Below are positions 1 through 8,927 of a stretch of 64,000 nt of DNA, piece after piece. Position 1 is the first letter of the stretch. Every line of letters begins with the position of its first letter. Made by a program: the position numbers and the translations under genes. Below the pieces are notes generated by a model, which did not search any database, was not told the origin of the DNA, and saw only the letters and a list, made by a program, of their open reading frames with translations. The DNA is taken from assembly GCA_024408505.1 (NCBI GenBank), contig JAKSUZ010000001.1:206-64205 (forward strand). Direction: 5' to 3'. This DNA is from Bacilli bacterium. GTDB lineage: Bacteria > Bacillota_I > Bacilli_A > RFN20 > CAG-826.

Positions 1-1
1 A

Positions 2-2008
2 GAGAAACAATATGCCGCTGGAAGAATTCCAGGTAGTTTTAATCGACGCGAAGGTAGAGCAGGCGAACACGCTACTCTTGCTGCGCGTTTAATTGATAGA
101 CCAATTCGTCCAATGTTTGCGGATGGTTTTAGAAACGAAGTTCAAATTATTAACACTGTTATGAGCTGCGATACGGATTGTACGTCTGAAATGACAGCGT
201 TATTTGGTTCATCTTTAGCATTAGGAATATCAGATATTCCTTTTGATGGTCCAGTCGCTGGTGTTTATGTCGGTAGAGTGAATGGTAAATTAATCATTAA
301 CCCAACTGTTGCTGAAAGAGAAAAATCTGATATTAATTTAGCCGTTGCGGGTACTGAGACCGCCATCAACATGGTTGAAGCCGGTGGTGCAGAAATCTCC
401 GAAGAAGACATGCTTGATGCACTTATGTTCGGGCATGACGCGATTAAAAAGTTATGCCAATTCCAAAAAGAAATTATCGCTAAGATTGGTAAACCAAAAA
501 GAGAAATTCAATTATATGCTCCTGATGAAGCAACCAAAAAATATATCTACGATAAAATCGGAGATAAGATGGTAAAAGCCATTTCGATTTTTGATAAATT
601 AGAAAGACAAAATGCTGTAGATGCATTAAAGAAAGAAATTGTTGATGAATACGAAAACAAGACCTATAAGAATGAAAAAGAAAAGCTCATGAATATGTTA
701 ATGGTAAACGATATTCTTGAGACTATGGTCGCTAACGAAGTTAGACGTTTAATTACTGAAGAAAAGATTAGACCCGATGGTCGTAAAGTAGACGAAATAA
801 GACCACTTGATGCACAGGTTGATGTCTTACCCCGTCCACATGGTTCTGCGATGTTTACGCGTGGCCAAACCCAAGTAATTAGCACAACTACACTTGGTCC
901 AGTCACCGATGAACAACTCATTGATGACTTAACCGAAGAAAAGACTCGTCACTTCATGCATCATTATAATTTCCCACCATTCTCCGTTGGAGAAATTGGA
1001 AGAACCGGATCTCCAGGTAGAAGAGAGATTGGTCATGGTAAGTTAGGCGAAAGAGCATTATCGTATGTTATTCCTTCTTTAGAGGAATTCCCATATACCA
1101 TTAGAGTAGTGAGTGAAGTTGTCGAAAGTAATGGTAGCTCCTCTCAAGCAAGTATATGCGCTGGATGTATGTCACTTATGGCGGCTGGCGTTCCAATCAA
1201 GAACATGGTAAGCGGAATTGCGATGGGCTTAATTACATCTGGTCCATTAGATGGTAAGCATCCTTATACAATCCTTACGGATATTCAAGGTTTAGAAGAT
1301 CACTTCGGTGATATGGACTTTAAAGTTGCTGGTACCGAAAAAGGTATCACGGCTTTACAAATGGATATTAAGATCAAGGGTGTAACTCGTGAAATCTTAA
1401 AAGAAGCTTTAGCACAAGCTAATAAAGCGCGTGCACAAATCCGTGAAGTTATGAAGAAAGCCATCAGCGCTCCACGTAGTGATGTTGGTAAATATGCTCC
1501 TAAGATGACCGCCTTTAGAATTGATCCTGATAAGATTAGAGAAGTCATTGGTCAAGGCGGAAAGGTCATTAATGACATCATTGCTAAATGCGATAATTGT
1601 AAGATTGATATTGAAGATGATGGTAAAGTCACCATCTACCATATGAATCGTGAAACGATTAATAAGGCCAAGAAATATATTGATGATATTGTAAGAGTCG
1701 CTAAGGTTGGCGAAATCTATGAAGGCGTTGTGAATCGTGTTGAAGATTACGGCGCATTCGTAAACCTATTTGGTGAAGTCGATGGCTTATGCCATGTCTC
1801 TCGTTTAGGTTGGGGCTATATTAATAAAGCTAGTGATGTAGTTCATGTTGGCGATAAGCTCAAAGTCGTGGTAAGCGAGATTGACGAAAAAGGCAAAGTC
1901 AAAGTTTCGCATCGCGAATTTGTGGAAAAGCCAGCAGGCTATGTTGAAAAACCAGTTGAGAAGAAAGAACATCATTTCTTCCATAGAGATCATAAAGATA
2001 ATAAATAA
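2..2008 (+). CDS. pnp: Polyribonucleotide nucleotidyltransferase (PNPase), 5'-truncated by the window edge
   Basis: The reading frame is open from nt 2 (EKQYAAGRIPGSFNRREGRAGEHATLAARLIDRPIRPMF is PNPase core domain 1). A second RNase PH-like domain follows, then KH and a C-terminal S1 domain (EGVVNRVEDYGAFVNL). Stop at 2006-2008. Confidence 0.93.
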   Translation, partial: EKQYAAGRIPGSFNRREGRAGEHATLAARLIDRPIRPMFADGFRNEVQIINTVMSCDTDCTSEMTALFGSSLALGISDIPFDGPVAGVYVGRVNGKLIINPTVAEREKSDINLAVAGTETAINMVEAGGAEISEEDMLDALMFGHDAIKKLCQFQKEIIAKIGKPKREIQLYAPDEATKKYIYDKIGDKMVKAISIFDKLERQNAVDALKKEIVDEYENKTYKNEKEKLMNMLMVNDILETMVANEVRRLITEEKIRPDGRKVDEIRPLDAQVDVLPRPHGSAMFTRGQTQVISTTTLGPVTDEQLIDDLTEEKTRHFMHHYNFPPFSVGEIGRTGSPGRREIGHGKLGERALSYVIPSLEEFPYTIRVVSEVVESNGSSSQASICAGCMSLMAAGVPIKNMVSGIAMGLITSGPLDGKHPYTILTDIQGLEDHFGDMDFKVAGTEKGITALQMDIKIKGVTREILKEALAQANKARAQIREVMKKAISAPRSDVGKYAPKMTAFRIDPDKIREVIGQGGKVINDIIAKCDNCKIDIEDDGKVTIYHMNRETINKAKKYIDDIVRVAKVGEIYEGVVNRVEDYGAFVNLFGEVDGLCHVSRLGWGYINKASDVVHVGDKLKVVVSEIDEKGKVKVSHREFVEKPAGYVEKPVEKKEHHFFHRDHKDNK

Positions 2009-2016
2009 ACATATTT

Positions 2017-2343
2017 ATGTTTGAGCTAAATAATTTAGCGAAATATTCTAAGAGTCAAATCGAAGGCGAACTTAAACAGGATAAACGTTTAAGAGCTAAG
2101 TATTGGTTATACGTTGTGATTTTTGTTACGTTTGCAAGCGTATTGACCGCAATTGCAATTATTTCCACTAACTTATATTGCTTCTATTATTTGAATAATA
2201 TTACGATGTATTTAGCCATTACTTCTGGAACATGTGCAGTAGTGTTCTGGATATTATTTTTCATCTATTTTGCTCTTAATATGAAAGAAGGCAAAGTGAT
2301 TAAAATATTAGAAAGTTATTTAAAAAATAACAAAAAGAAATAA
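2017..2343 (+). CDS. Small hypothetical membrane protein (charged N-terminus, two predicted TM helices, K-rich C-terminus)
   Basis: 108-aa ORF starting 8 nt after the pnp stop. Hydrophobic stretches YWLYVVIFVTFASVLTAIAIIS and CAVVFWILFFIYFAL. No recognisable family. Confidence 0.45.
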   Translation: MFELNNLAKYSKSQIEGELKQDKRLRAKYWLYVVIFVTFASVLTAIAIISTNLYCFYYLNNITMYLAITSGTCAVVFWILFFIYFALNMKEGKVIKILESYLKNNKKK

Positions 2344-2696
2344 TGGATCCACAAAAAGCATTAGAAACCATCGCTAAACTTCATCAAGAAAGAGATGAGT
2401 TTCATAAGAAAAAAGTAAAAACCAAGAAACGGGCAATTGTTTGTTTAATTATTGGTCTGATTTTTTTAGTAGCGTTTATTGTTACTATATCAATTACATT
2501 GAACAATATGAATTTTACGGCTGGAATGGCATTATTTATTGTGTTCGCAGTAATTGCATTAATTTTTCTTGAAGGCGCTATTATCTTTTTCGTGTTAAGT
2601 AAATGCGTATACGCTTACCAAGAAGAAAATCGTCAAAGAATTTTAGATATTATTAATAAAAAAGTTAACGAAAATAAATCAAAAACTAATGAATAA
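2343..2696 (+). CDS. Small hypothetical membrane protein, same architecture as the upstream ORF (possible tandem paralogue)
   Basis: 117-aa ORF whose ATG overlaps the upstream TAA (TAATG). Two hydrophobic helices (AIVCLIIGLIFLVAFIVTISI and MALFIVFAVIALIFLEGAIIFFVL) are flanked by charged tails. Confidence 0.45.
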   Translation: MDPQKALETIAKLHQERDEFHKKKVKTKKRAIVCLIIGLIFLVAFIVTISITLNNMNFTAGMALFIVFAVIALIFLEGAIIFFVLSKCVYAYQEENRQRILDIINKKVNENKSKTNE

Positions 2697-2723
2697 TAAT
2701 ATTCATTATGTTAGAATAATTTC

Positions 2724-4172
2724 GTGAATAACAAGTTTGATATTATCGTTATCGGTGCGGGTGTTATTGGATGCAATATCGCTCGTGAATTGAGTCAATA
2801 TAAACTCAACGTTTTAGTTATTGAAAAAGATAATGATGTTTGCGCTAGAGCCAGTATGGCTAATAGCGCGATTGTTCACTCGGGTTACGATCCGGTTCCA
2901 GGGACTTTTAAAGCTCGCTTTAATGTTGAAGGTAACCGGATGTTTTACGATTTATGTAAAAGACTAGATGTTGAATGTTATCAAATTGGTTCGTTAACCA
3001 TCGCAATGGATGATGAGCAAATGAAAGTCTTAAAAGACTTAGAAAAACGCGCAGCGGAAAATAAAGTGCCGGTAAAGATATTAGATCATGATGAGCTTCT
3101 TAAAGAAGAGCCTAATGTTAATCCAAAAGCAGTTGGAGCTTTACTTGCGCCAACCGCTGGTATTGTTGATCCATTTACTTTCTGCGCTCATAACATTGAA
3201 AATGCTTTAGATAACGGTGTGAAACTTCATCTAAATGAAGAAGTTAAAGAAATAAAAGATTTAAAAGATCATTTTGAAATTAAAACTAATTTGGGTATTT
3301 ATCAATCTACGATTGTTATTAATGCTGCGGGACACGGTTCCTATAAATTAGGTAGTCAATTAGAAAAACTCGATTATCAAATCACTCCTCGTAAAGGTGA
3401 ATATTTTGTTTTTGATCACTATGCCAAAGGCTTAGTGAACCATACTATTTTTCCATTACCCAGCGCTAAGGGCAAAGGTATATTAGTTACTCCTACTTAT
3501 AGCGCAAACTATTTAATTGGACCAAGTAGCGAATTATCTGAATCTGAAGATCATTCAACTGATCCAGCTACTTTAGCGATGGTTAAAGCCGGTGCTTTAG
3601 AGATGGTACCTTCTTTACCGTTTAATGAATTAATAAGAGTGTTTGCCGGAGTAAGAGCAACCCCAAGTGATCACGACTTCCATATCGCGCCACTTAAGAC
3701 TCATCCAAAATTTATTCATTTATGTGGAATTGAATCACCAGGATTCGTTTCGTCTCCTGCGATTGCAAAATATGTAGTTAATGAACTAGTTAGTCCATTA
3801 ATTAAATTAGAAAAGAAAGAAAATTATATTACTCATGTTCGTCCAAAAATCGAAACTCGTAAGATGAGCGCAGAAGAAAAGATTAAATTAATTAAAGAAC
3901 ATCCTGAGTATGGCGAAATAATTTGTCAGTGTGAGAAGATTTCCAAAGGAGAAATTCTTGATGCGATGAGTAGAAGCGATCATCCGCATACCATTAAAGC
4001 AATTAAGAAAAGATGTCGAGCTGGATTTGGCAAATGCCAAGGCGGATTCTGCCAACCATTAGTCGCTAAATTAATTAGCGAATATTACCACATTCCTTTA
4101 ACTAGTGTCCAATATTCAAAGATTGGAAGTAACGTAGTTAGATATCCTACTAAAGGAGCTAAACATGATTAA
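2724..4172 (+). CDS. FAD-dependent oxidoreductase of the GlpA/GlpO (glycerol-3-phosphate dehydrogenase-like) family with a C-terminal BFD-like [2Fe-2S]-binding domain
   Basis: GTG start. N-terminal Rossmann motif IIVIGAGVIGCNIARELS. C-terminal CQCEKISKGEI...CRAGFGKCQGGFCQ resembles a BFD-like (2Fe-2S) domain. It is the first gene of a three-gene operon with overlapping stops and starts. Confidence 0.75.
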   Translation: MNNKFDIIVIGAGVIGCNIARELSQYKLNVLVIEKDNDVCARASMANSAIVHSGYDPVPGTFKARFNVEGNRMFYDLCKRLDVECYQIGSLTIAMDDEQMKVLKDLEKRAAENKVPVKILDHDELLKEEPNVNPKAVGALLAPTAGIVDPFTFCAHNIENALDNGVKLHLNEEVKEIKDLKDHFEIKTNLGIYQSTIVINAAGHGSYKLGSQLEKLDYQITPRKGEYFVFDHYAKGLVNHTIFPLPSAKGKGILVTPTYSANYLIGPSSELSESEDHSTDPATLAMVKAGALEMVPSLPFNELIRVFAGVRATPSDHDFHIAPLKTHPKFIHLCGIESPGFVSSPAIAKYVVNELVSPLIKLEKKENYITHVRPKIETRKMSAEEKIKLIKEHPEYGEIICQCEKISKGEILDAMSRSDHPHTIKAIKKRCRAGFGKCQGGFCQPLVAKLISEYYHIPLTSVQYSKIGSNVVRYPTKGAKHD

Positions 4173-5424
4173 GAAAAATTATGACTTAGTCGTGATTGGT
4201 GGTGGTTCAGCCGGAATGGCAGGAGCGATTGAAGCACGTAAGCTCGGTATTCAAGATATTTTAATCATTGAAAAAAATGATTACCTTGGTGGTATTTTAA
4301 ATCAATGTGTTCATAATGGTTTTGGTTTGACTGAATTTAAAGAAGAGTTAACCGGACCAGAATTTATGACCCGCTTATCTGATCAAGTTAAGGAACTTAA
4401 AATTGATTATGTTTTAAATACAACTGTGACTTCGCTTTTACCTGATAAAACAATCTACGCTTCTAATCAAGAAGGATTTTATATTATAAAAGCGAAGAGC
4501 GTTTTAGTCACAACTGGATGCTATGAAAGAAATGCCGGGGCGATTATGCTTCCTGGTGATCGTCCTAGTGGAGTAGTAACTGCTGGAACCGCTCAACTAT
4601 ATCTAAATATATATGGATATTTAGTTGGTAAACGTGTATTCATTTTAGGTAGTGGTGATATCGGTTTAATTATGGCGCGCCGGTTAACGCTTGAAGGCGC
4701 AAAAGTTTTAGGCGTGGCGGAGCTCTGCCCTTATTCAAACGGATTAAATAGAAACATTGTTCAATGTTTAGAAGATTTTCATATTCCACTTTATTTATCA
4801 CATACCGTTAGTGATGTTGATGGATATGATGGAATCCTTCATGGTATAACTATTTCTCAAGTCGATGAACATAATCAAATTATTCCGGGCACAGAAAAGA
4901 AATATGAATGTGATACCTTATTACTTTCAGTAGGACTAATCCCTAACTCACCATTACTTCGTGACGCGGGTGTTAAATTAAGTCGTAACAAAGGTGCGAT
5001 TGTAAATGAAAGATATGAAACTTCTATTCCTGGAGTTTTTAGCGCAGGTAACGTTCTCCATGTTCATGATTTAGTGGACTTAGTCACTAAAGAATCTAGA
5101 TTAGTCGCTCATTTCATTAAAGAATATTTAGATGGGAAAGAGAGCGCACAAGATAAATATCTTGATGTGATTGCAAGTGATGGTGTGGGTTACGTATTGC
5201 CGCACAAAGTTTCTCTTAATAATACACATGATGTGACTTTTAAATTTAGAGTAAGAAAACCGATTAAAGATTTAAATGTAATCTTTTTAGATAAAGATTC
5301 TGAAATCAAAAAAATATTTAAACCAGTTTTAATTCCTAGTGAGATGACCGAGATTACTTTAACTAGCGAAGAGTTAAAGAAATTTAAAAATAACATTACT
5401 GTAAAAGTGGAGAAGAAAATATGA
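4165..5424 (+). CDS. FAD/NAD(P)-binding oxidoreductase (pyridine nucleotide-disulfide oxidoreductase-like), second gene of the GlpA-like operon
   Basis: Motif DLVVIGGGSAGMAGAIEA is followed by a second dinucleotide-binding motif RVFILGSGDIGLIMA. It overlaps the upstream gene by 8 nt. Confidence 0.75.
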   Translation: MIKKNYDLVVIGGGSAGMAGAIEARKLGIQDILIIEKNDYLGGILNQCVHNGFGLTEFKEELTGPEFMTRLSDQVKELKIDYVLNTTVTSLLPDKTIYASNQEGFYIIKAKSVLVTTGCYERNAGAIMLPGDRPSGVVTAGTAQLYLNIYGYLVGKRVFILGSGDIGLIMARRLTLEGAKVLGVAELCPYSNGLNRNIVQCLEDFHIPLYLSHTVSDVDGYDGILHGITISQVDEHNQIIPGTEKKYECDTLLLSVGLIPNSPLLRDAGVKLSRNKGAIVNERYETSIPGVFSAGNVLHVHDLVDLVTKESRLVAHFIKEYLDGKESAQDKYLDVIASDGVGYVLPHKVSLNNTHDVTFKFRVRKPIKDLNVIFLDKDSEIKKIFKPVLIPSEMTEITLTSEELKKFKNNITVKVEKKI

Positions 5425-5765
5425 AAGAGCTAGTTTGTATTACTTGTCCTAGAGGTTGTCGACTTAAGGTCGATGAGAAGATGAATGTCACGGGTAATTT
5501 TTGTCCACGCGGTAAAATCTATGCAGTTAATGAATTAACTCATCCAGTGCGAGTAGTAACTTCGACCGTTAAGTTAACTGGAAGTATTTATCCACGCGTC
5601 TCAGTTAAAACTAAAGACCCGATCCCCAAAGATAAAATCTTTAATGTGATGGATGAAATCAATAAAGTTACTTTAAAATGTCCGGTTCATATCGGAGATA
5701 TCGCGATTAAAAATGTTCTAGGTCTTGGGGTTGATATCGTTGTAACTAAGAACATTAATAAATAG
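5421..5765 (+). CDS. DUF1667 domain protein (small Cys-rich protein that usually completes this three-gene oxidoreductase cluster)
   Basis: 114 aa. CITCPRGCRL...NFCPRGK cysteine pattern. ATGA overlap with the upstream gene. Confidence 0.65.
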   Translation: MKELVCITCPRGCRLKVDEKMNVTGNFCPRGKIYAVNELTHPVRVVTSTVKLTGSIYPRVSVKTKDPIPKDKIFNVMDEINKVTLKCPVHIGDIAIKNVLGLGVDIVVTKNINK

Positions 5766-5809
5766 TTGCATTTTATTTCGTTTGTAAGATAATTATTAAG
5801 CACGTATTT

Positions 5810-5885
5810 GGACCAGTGGTGTAGCGGTTAACATGTCTCCCTGTCACGGAGAAGATCGCGGGTTCGATTCCCGTCTGGTCCGCCA
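5810..5885 (+). tRNA. tRNA-Asp (anticodon GUC), CCA encoded
   Basis: Cloverleaf: acceptor ggaccag/ctggtcc, anticodon loop ctGTCac, T-arm cgggTTCGATTcccg, ends gCCA. Confidence 0.9.
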
Positions 5886-5902
5886 AAACAGTGCAACTAG
5901 TT

Positions 5903-5978
<76 letters not shown>

Positions 5979-5986
5979 TTTATATT

Positions 5987-6012
5987 AAGAGACTTGGTCT
6001 CTTTTTATTTTA
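5987..6012 (+). terminator. Rho-independent terminator after the tRNA pair
   Basis: aagagac-ttg-gtctctt hairpin followed by TTTTATTTT. Confidence 0.7.
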
Positions 6013-6045
6013 AAAAAATAAAAAAACTCTTTTCTATGTCAAATA

Positions 6046-6588
6046 TTGCTATATAATATATTTCCTATGAATGTATCAACTCTTTACGATAAAAGCATTA
6101 AACTCATTGACGATTCTTATTCGCGTTTACAAAGGATTTGGGTTTTGCCTAAAGGCTCAATTAGTAAGAAGATGATTAATAATCATCCTTATTATTATCA
6201 CCAATATCGCGAAGGTAAGAAAGTAGTAACACGCATTGTTAAAGCCGATGAATTAGGTGAACTTAGGAAGAGAGTGAATGAGCGCAAAAAACTTCTTAAA
6301 CAAAACAAAAACGCAAAAAATGAAGTAAATAAAAATATTCGAGTCATCGCAATTTTTGATAAAGGACTTAGCGCTTCTTTACTTGATGAAGCCTTTGCCT
6401 ATAGCTTTGATGAAATACCAGTTAGCGAAAGAAAAAGAGTGATGCTTCCGTTAGTGGATATTGTTGGAAACAATAATTTAAATATCGCTAATAATCCAAA
6501 CTTAAAAGTTTACTTTGAAAAGTGGCGTAATGGTGAAATCCGCGCTCGTGAAATATCTAATTACATTATTCAAAAAATTTCTGACTAA
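6046..6588 (+). CDS. Hypothetical protein (about 170-180 aa), no family recognised. The exact start is uncertain (ATG at 6046 or 6067).
   Basis: Long ORF immediately after the tRNA pair. A TATAAT-like element (gctaTATAATatatttcc) lies only a few nt upstream, so the mRNA may be leaderless or short-leadered. Lys/Asn-rich hydrophilic protein. Confidence 0.5.
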   Translation: MLYNIFPMNVSTLYDKSIKLIDDSYSRLQRIWVLPKGSISKKMINNHPYYYHQYREGKKVVTRIVKADELGELRKRVNERKKLLKQNKNAKNEVNKNIRVIAIFDKGLSASLLDEAFAYSFDEIPVSERKRVMLPLVDIVGNNNLNIANNPNLKVYFEKWRNGEIRAREISNYIIQKISD

Positions 6589-6591
6589 ATT

Positions 6592-8412
6592 ATGAAGCAA
6601 AGAAATATCGCGATCATCGCGCATGTTGACCATGGAAAAACTACTCTAGTAAATCAACTACTTAAAAGTAGTGGTACTTTCCGCACCAACGAGACCGTGC
6701 AAGATCGCGCAATGGATAATAACGATCTTGAAAGAGAAAGAGGAATCACCATCTTAGCGAAAACTACTGCGGTTAATTATAAAGATTATCGAATTAATAT
6801 ATTAGATACTCCGGGTCACGCTGACTTTGGTGGTGAAGTTGAACGTATTATGCACATGGTGGATGGTTGTCTGCTTCTAGTAGATGCTTTTGAAGGCACC
6901 ATGCCACAAACTAGATTTGTTCTTAAGAAAGCATTAGAAGCAGGTGTTAAACCAGTAGTGGTTATCAATAAAATTGATCGCCCGAACGCTAATCCAAAAC
7001 AAGCGGTGGATAAAGTTCTTGAATTATTTATTGAACTAGGCGCTCCAATGGAGTTCCTTGATTTTAAAGTTGTTTATACTAGCGCCCTAAAAGGTACCTC
7101 AGGTGATTCACCTGATTTAGAGAAACAAGTTAATAACATGGATAAAGTTTTGGATTTAATTATTAACGAAATTCCCGAACCAAGAGTGGAATTAAATGGT
7201 CCATTTAAATTCCAACCAGCGTTACTTGACTATAACGATTTCGTTGGCCGTATTGGTATCGGGGTTATTAAGCGCGGTTCCGTTAAAGTAAATGATGTGG
7301 TTACGGATATGCGTTTAGATGGTACAACTAAAACGTTTAAGATCCTTAAACTTTTTGGCTACTTTGGTTTAAAGCGAGTTGAAATTAATGAAGCGCATGC
7401 TGGTGACATTGTAGCAATTGCGGGACTAAGTGATATCAATGTAGGCGAAACACTTTGTGATCCGCATCATTTAGAAAAAGAAGAACCATTAAGAATTGAT
7501 GAACCAACTTTACAAATGACATTTGCCACCAACACATCACCATTTGCGGGTCGCGATGGAAAATATGTGACCGCTAGAGTTCTAGAAGAAAGACTATTTA
7601 AAGAAATTCAAAAAGACGTTTCACTAAAAGTGAGACGCGTAATTAATAAAGAAGCTTGGACTGTTTCTGGTCGTGGCGAACTTCATCTTGGAATCTTAAT
7701 TGAAAATATGAGACGAGAAGGCTATGAACTAGAAGTGAGTAAACCTACACCGATTATCAAAGAAGTTGATGGAGTGAAATACGAACCATACGAAGATGTT
7801 TCGATTGATGTTCCAAACGAATATCAAGGTATTATTATGGAAACCTTAGGTAATCGCGAAGCGAGTTTAATAAATATGGATGATGATGGAGTGACTACAC
7901 GATTAGACTATGTAATTCCTAGCCGTGGCTTACTTGGATTTGTCACTAACTTCTTAACTTTAACTAGAGGTTATGGAATTATTTCTCATACTTATAAAGA
8001 GTATCGTCCAATGAAAAATAAAGTTATTGGTGAACGTAATATTGGTGTGCTTGTATCTACTCATACAGGTAAGGCCACGCCTTACGCGATTGAAAAGATT
8101 GAAGAACATGGAACTATGTTTGTTAAGCCTGGTACTGAATGTTATGAAGGAATGATTATTGGTGAACATAAATATAACACGGACTTAGCAGTCAATGTTA
8201 CTTTAGAAAAACATCAAACCAATGTAAGAAGTTCTACGAAGGATTTAACTGTAGTACTTAAGTCGCCTAAGTTAATGAGTCTAGAGGCGTGTCTTGATTA
8301 CATCAACACCGATGAGTTAGTTGAAATCACTCCAACTGCTTTTAGAATGAGAAAGAAAATTCTTAACACTAGCGAGCGTAAAAAGTTCGATTCTTATAAA
8401 AGAAAGGCATAA
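6592..8412 (+). CDS. typA: Translational GTPase TypA/BipA
   Basis: [21 protein letters not shown]1 motif, [14 protein letters not shown] and NKIDR motifs, and EF-G-like C-terminal domains. 606 aa. Confidence 0.93.
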   Translation: MKQRNIAIIAHVDHGKTTLVNQLLKSSGTFRTNETVQDRAMDNNDLERERGITILAKTTAVNYKDYRINILDTPGHADFGGEVERIMHMVDGCLLLVDAFEGTMPQTRFVLKKALEAGVKPVVVINKIDRPNANPKQAVDKVLELFIELGAPMEFLDFKVVYTSALKGTSGDSPDLEKQVNNMDKVLDLIINEIPEPRVELNGPFKFQPALLDYNDFVGRIGIGVIKRGSVKVNDVVTDMRLDGTTKTFKILKLFGYFGLKRVEINEAHAGDIVAIAGLSDINVGETLCDPHHLEKEEPLRIDEPTLQMTFATNTSPFAGRDGKYVTARVLEERLFKEIQKDVSLKVRRVINKEAWTVSGRGELHLGILIENMRREGYELEVSKPTPIIKEVDGVKYEPYEDVSIDVPNEYQGIIMETLGNREASLINMDDDGVTTRLDYVIPSRGLLGFVTNFLTLTRGYGIISHTYKEYRPMKNKVIGERNIGVLVSTHTGKATPYAIEKIEEHGTMFVKPGTECYEGMIIGEHKYNTDLAVNVTLEKHQTNVRSSTKDLTVVLKSPKLMSLEACLDYINTDELVEITPTAFRMRKKILNTSERKKFDSYKRKA

Positions 8413-8750
8413 TTAAAAAATTCTATATTTACTATGTAAATATAAAAAAATATGTGAGGAAATTAGCCTCTTTTTGTTAAGCATCTAATAAGGGAGATAA
8501 TGTTATGTTATTCGCCCTAGGGGCGCTAATGCCTTGTGTGATTTCTGGGAAGGAGGTAACGTTGGTCACGTGAGTGATCTCATTATCCTGTTGATGTTGT
8601 TGTATCTAATTGTTAGTGAATTAAGCCGTTAGATAAAAAAAGTGTCTGGCTGCTGGTACAGTCAGGCACTCAACCACATTGACATTATACCATGATCTGG
8701 GGGTTACACAAGGGGCAAGTTGCCCCGCTAGTTAGAAGGAGGATTTACTT

Positions 8751-8927
8751 ATGCAAAAACTAACTGATCAAGAACTTGCCAATGTCAAAGTTGGTGAAGC
8801 GATTACACTTGCTAGTGTAATGGCAGTACTTTCCATTGCGATTACGGCGGTGGTTGTATACAAGTTATTTACTAAAGGAACAGGTGGAGTTTCTCTACCA
8901 GGCGGCTATAAGTTTGAATGGAAATGA
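8751..8927 (+). CDS. Small (58 aa) membrane peptide with a double-glycine-leader-like N-terminus. Not in the >=60-aa ORF track.
   Basis: ATG is preceded by a consensus SD (tagAAGGAGGatttactt ATG). Translation: MQKLTDQELANVKVGEAITLASVMAVLSIAITAVVVYKLFTKGTGGVSLPGGYKFEWK. The TGA stop overlaps the ATG of the downstream radC-like gene (ATGA). Confidence 0.55.
   Translation: MQKLTDQELANVKVGEAITLASVMAVLSIAITAVVVYKLFTKGTGGVSLPGGYKFEWK

Noticed and set aside
345-1642. Several 60-85-aa ORFs on both strands inside pnp (345-575, 664-921, 1300-1548, 1409-1642)
   Set aside because: They are embedded in or antisense to the PNPase reading frame with no independent signals. The many similar small internal and antisense ORFs in the track elsewhere (for example 7960-8169, 11863-12102, 20337-20645, 24828-25121, 37614-37859, 46545-47186, 60474-61729) were rejected for the same reason.
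8918-8923. Upstream ATG (MEM...) as the radC start
   Set aside because: RadC family N-termini begin M-x-IKDLPEEERPRE, which matches the ATG at 8924. That ATG also forms the ATGA overlap with the peptide stop.
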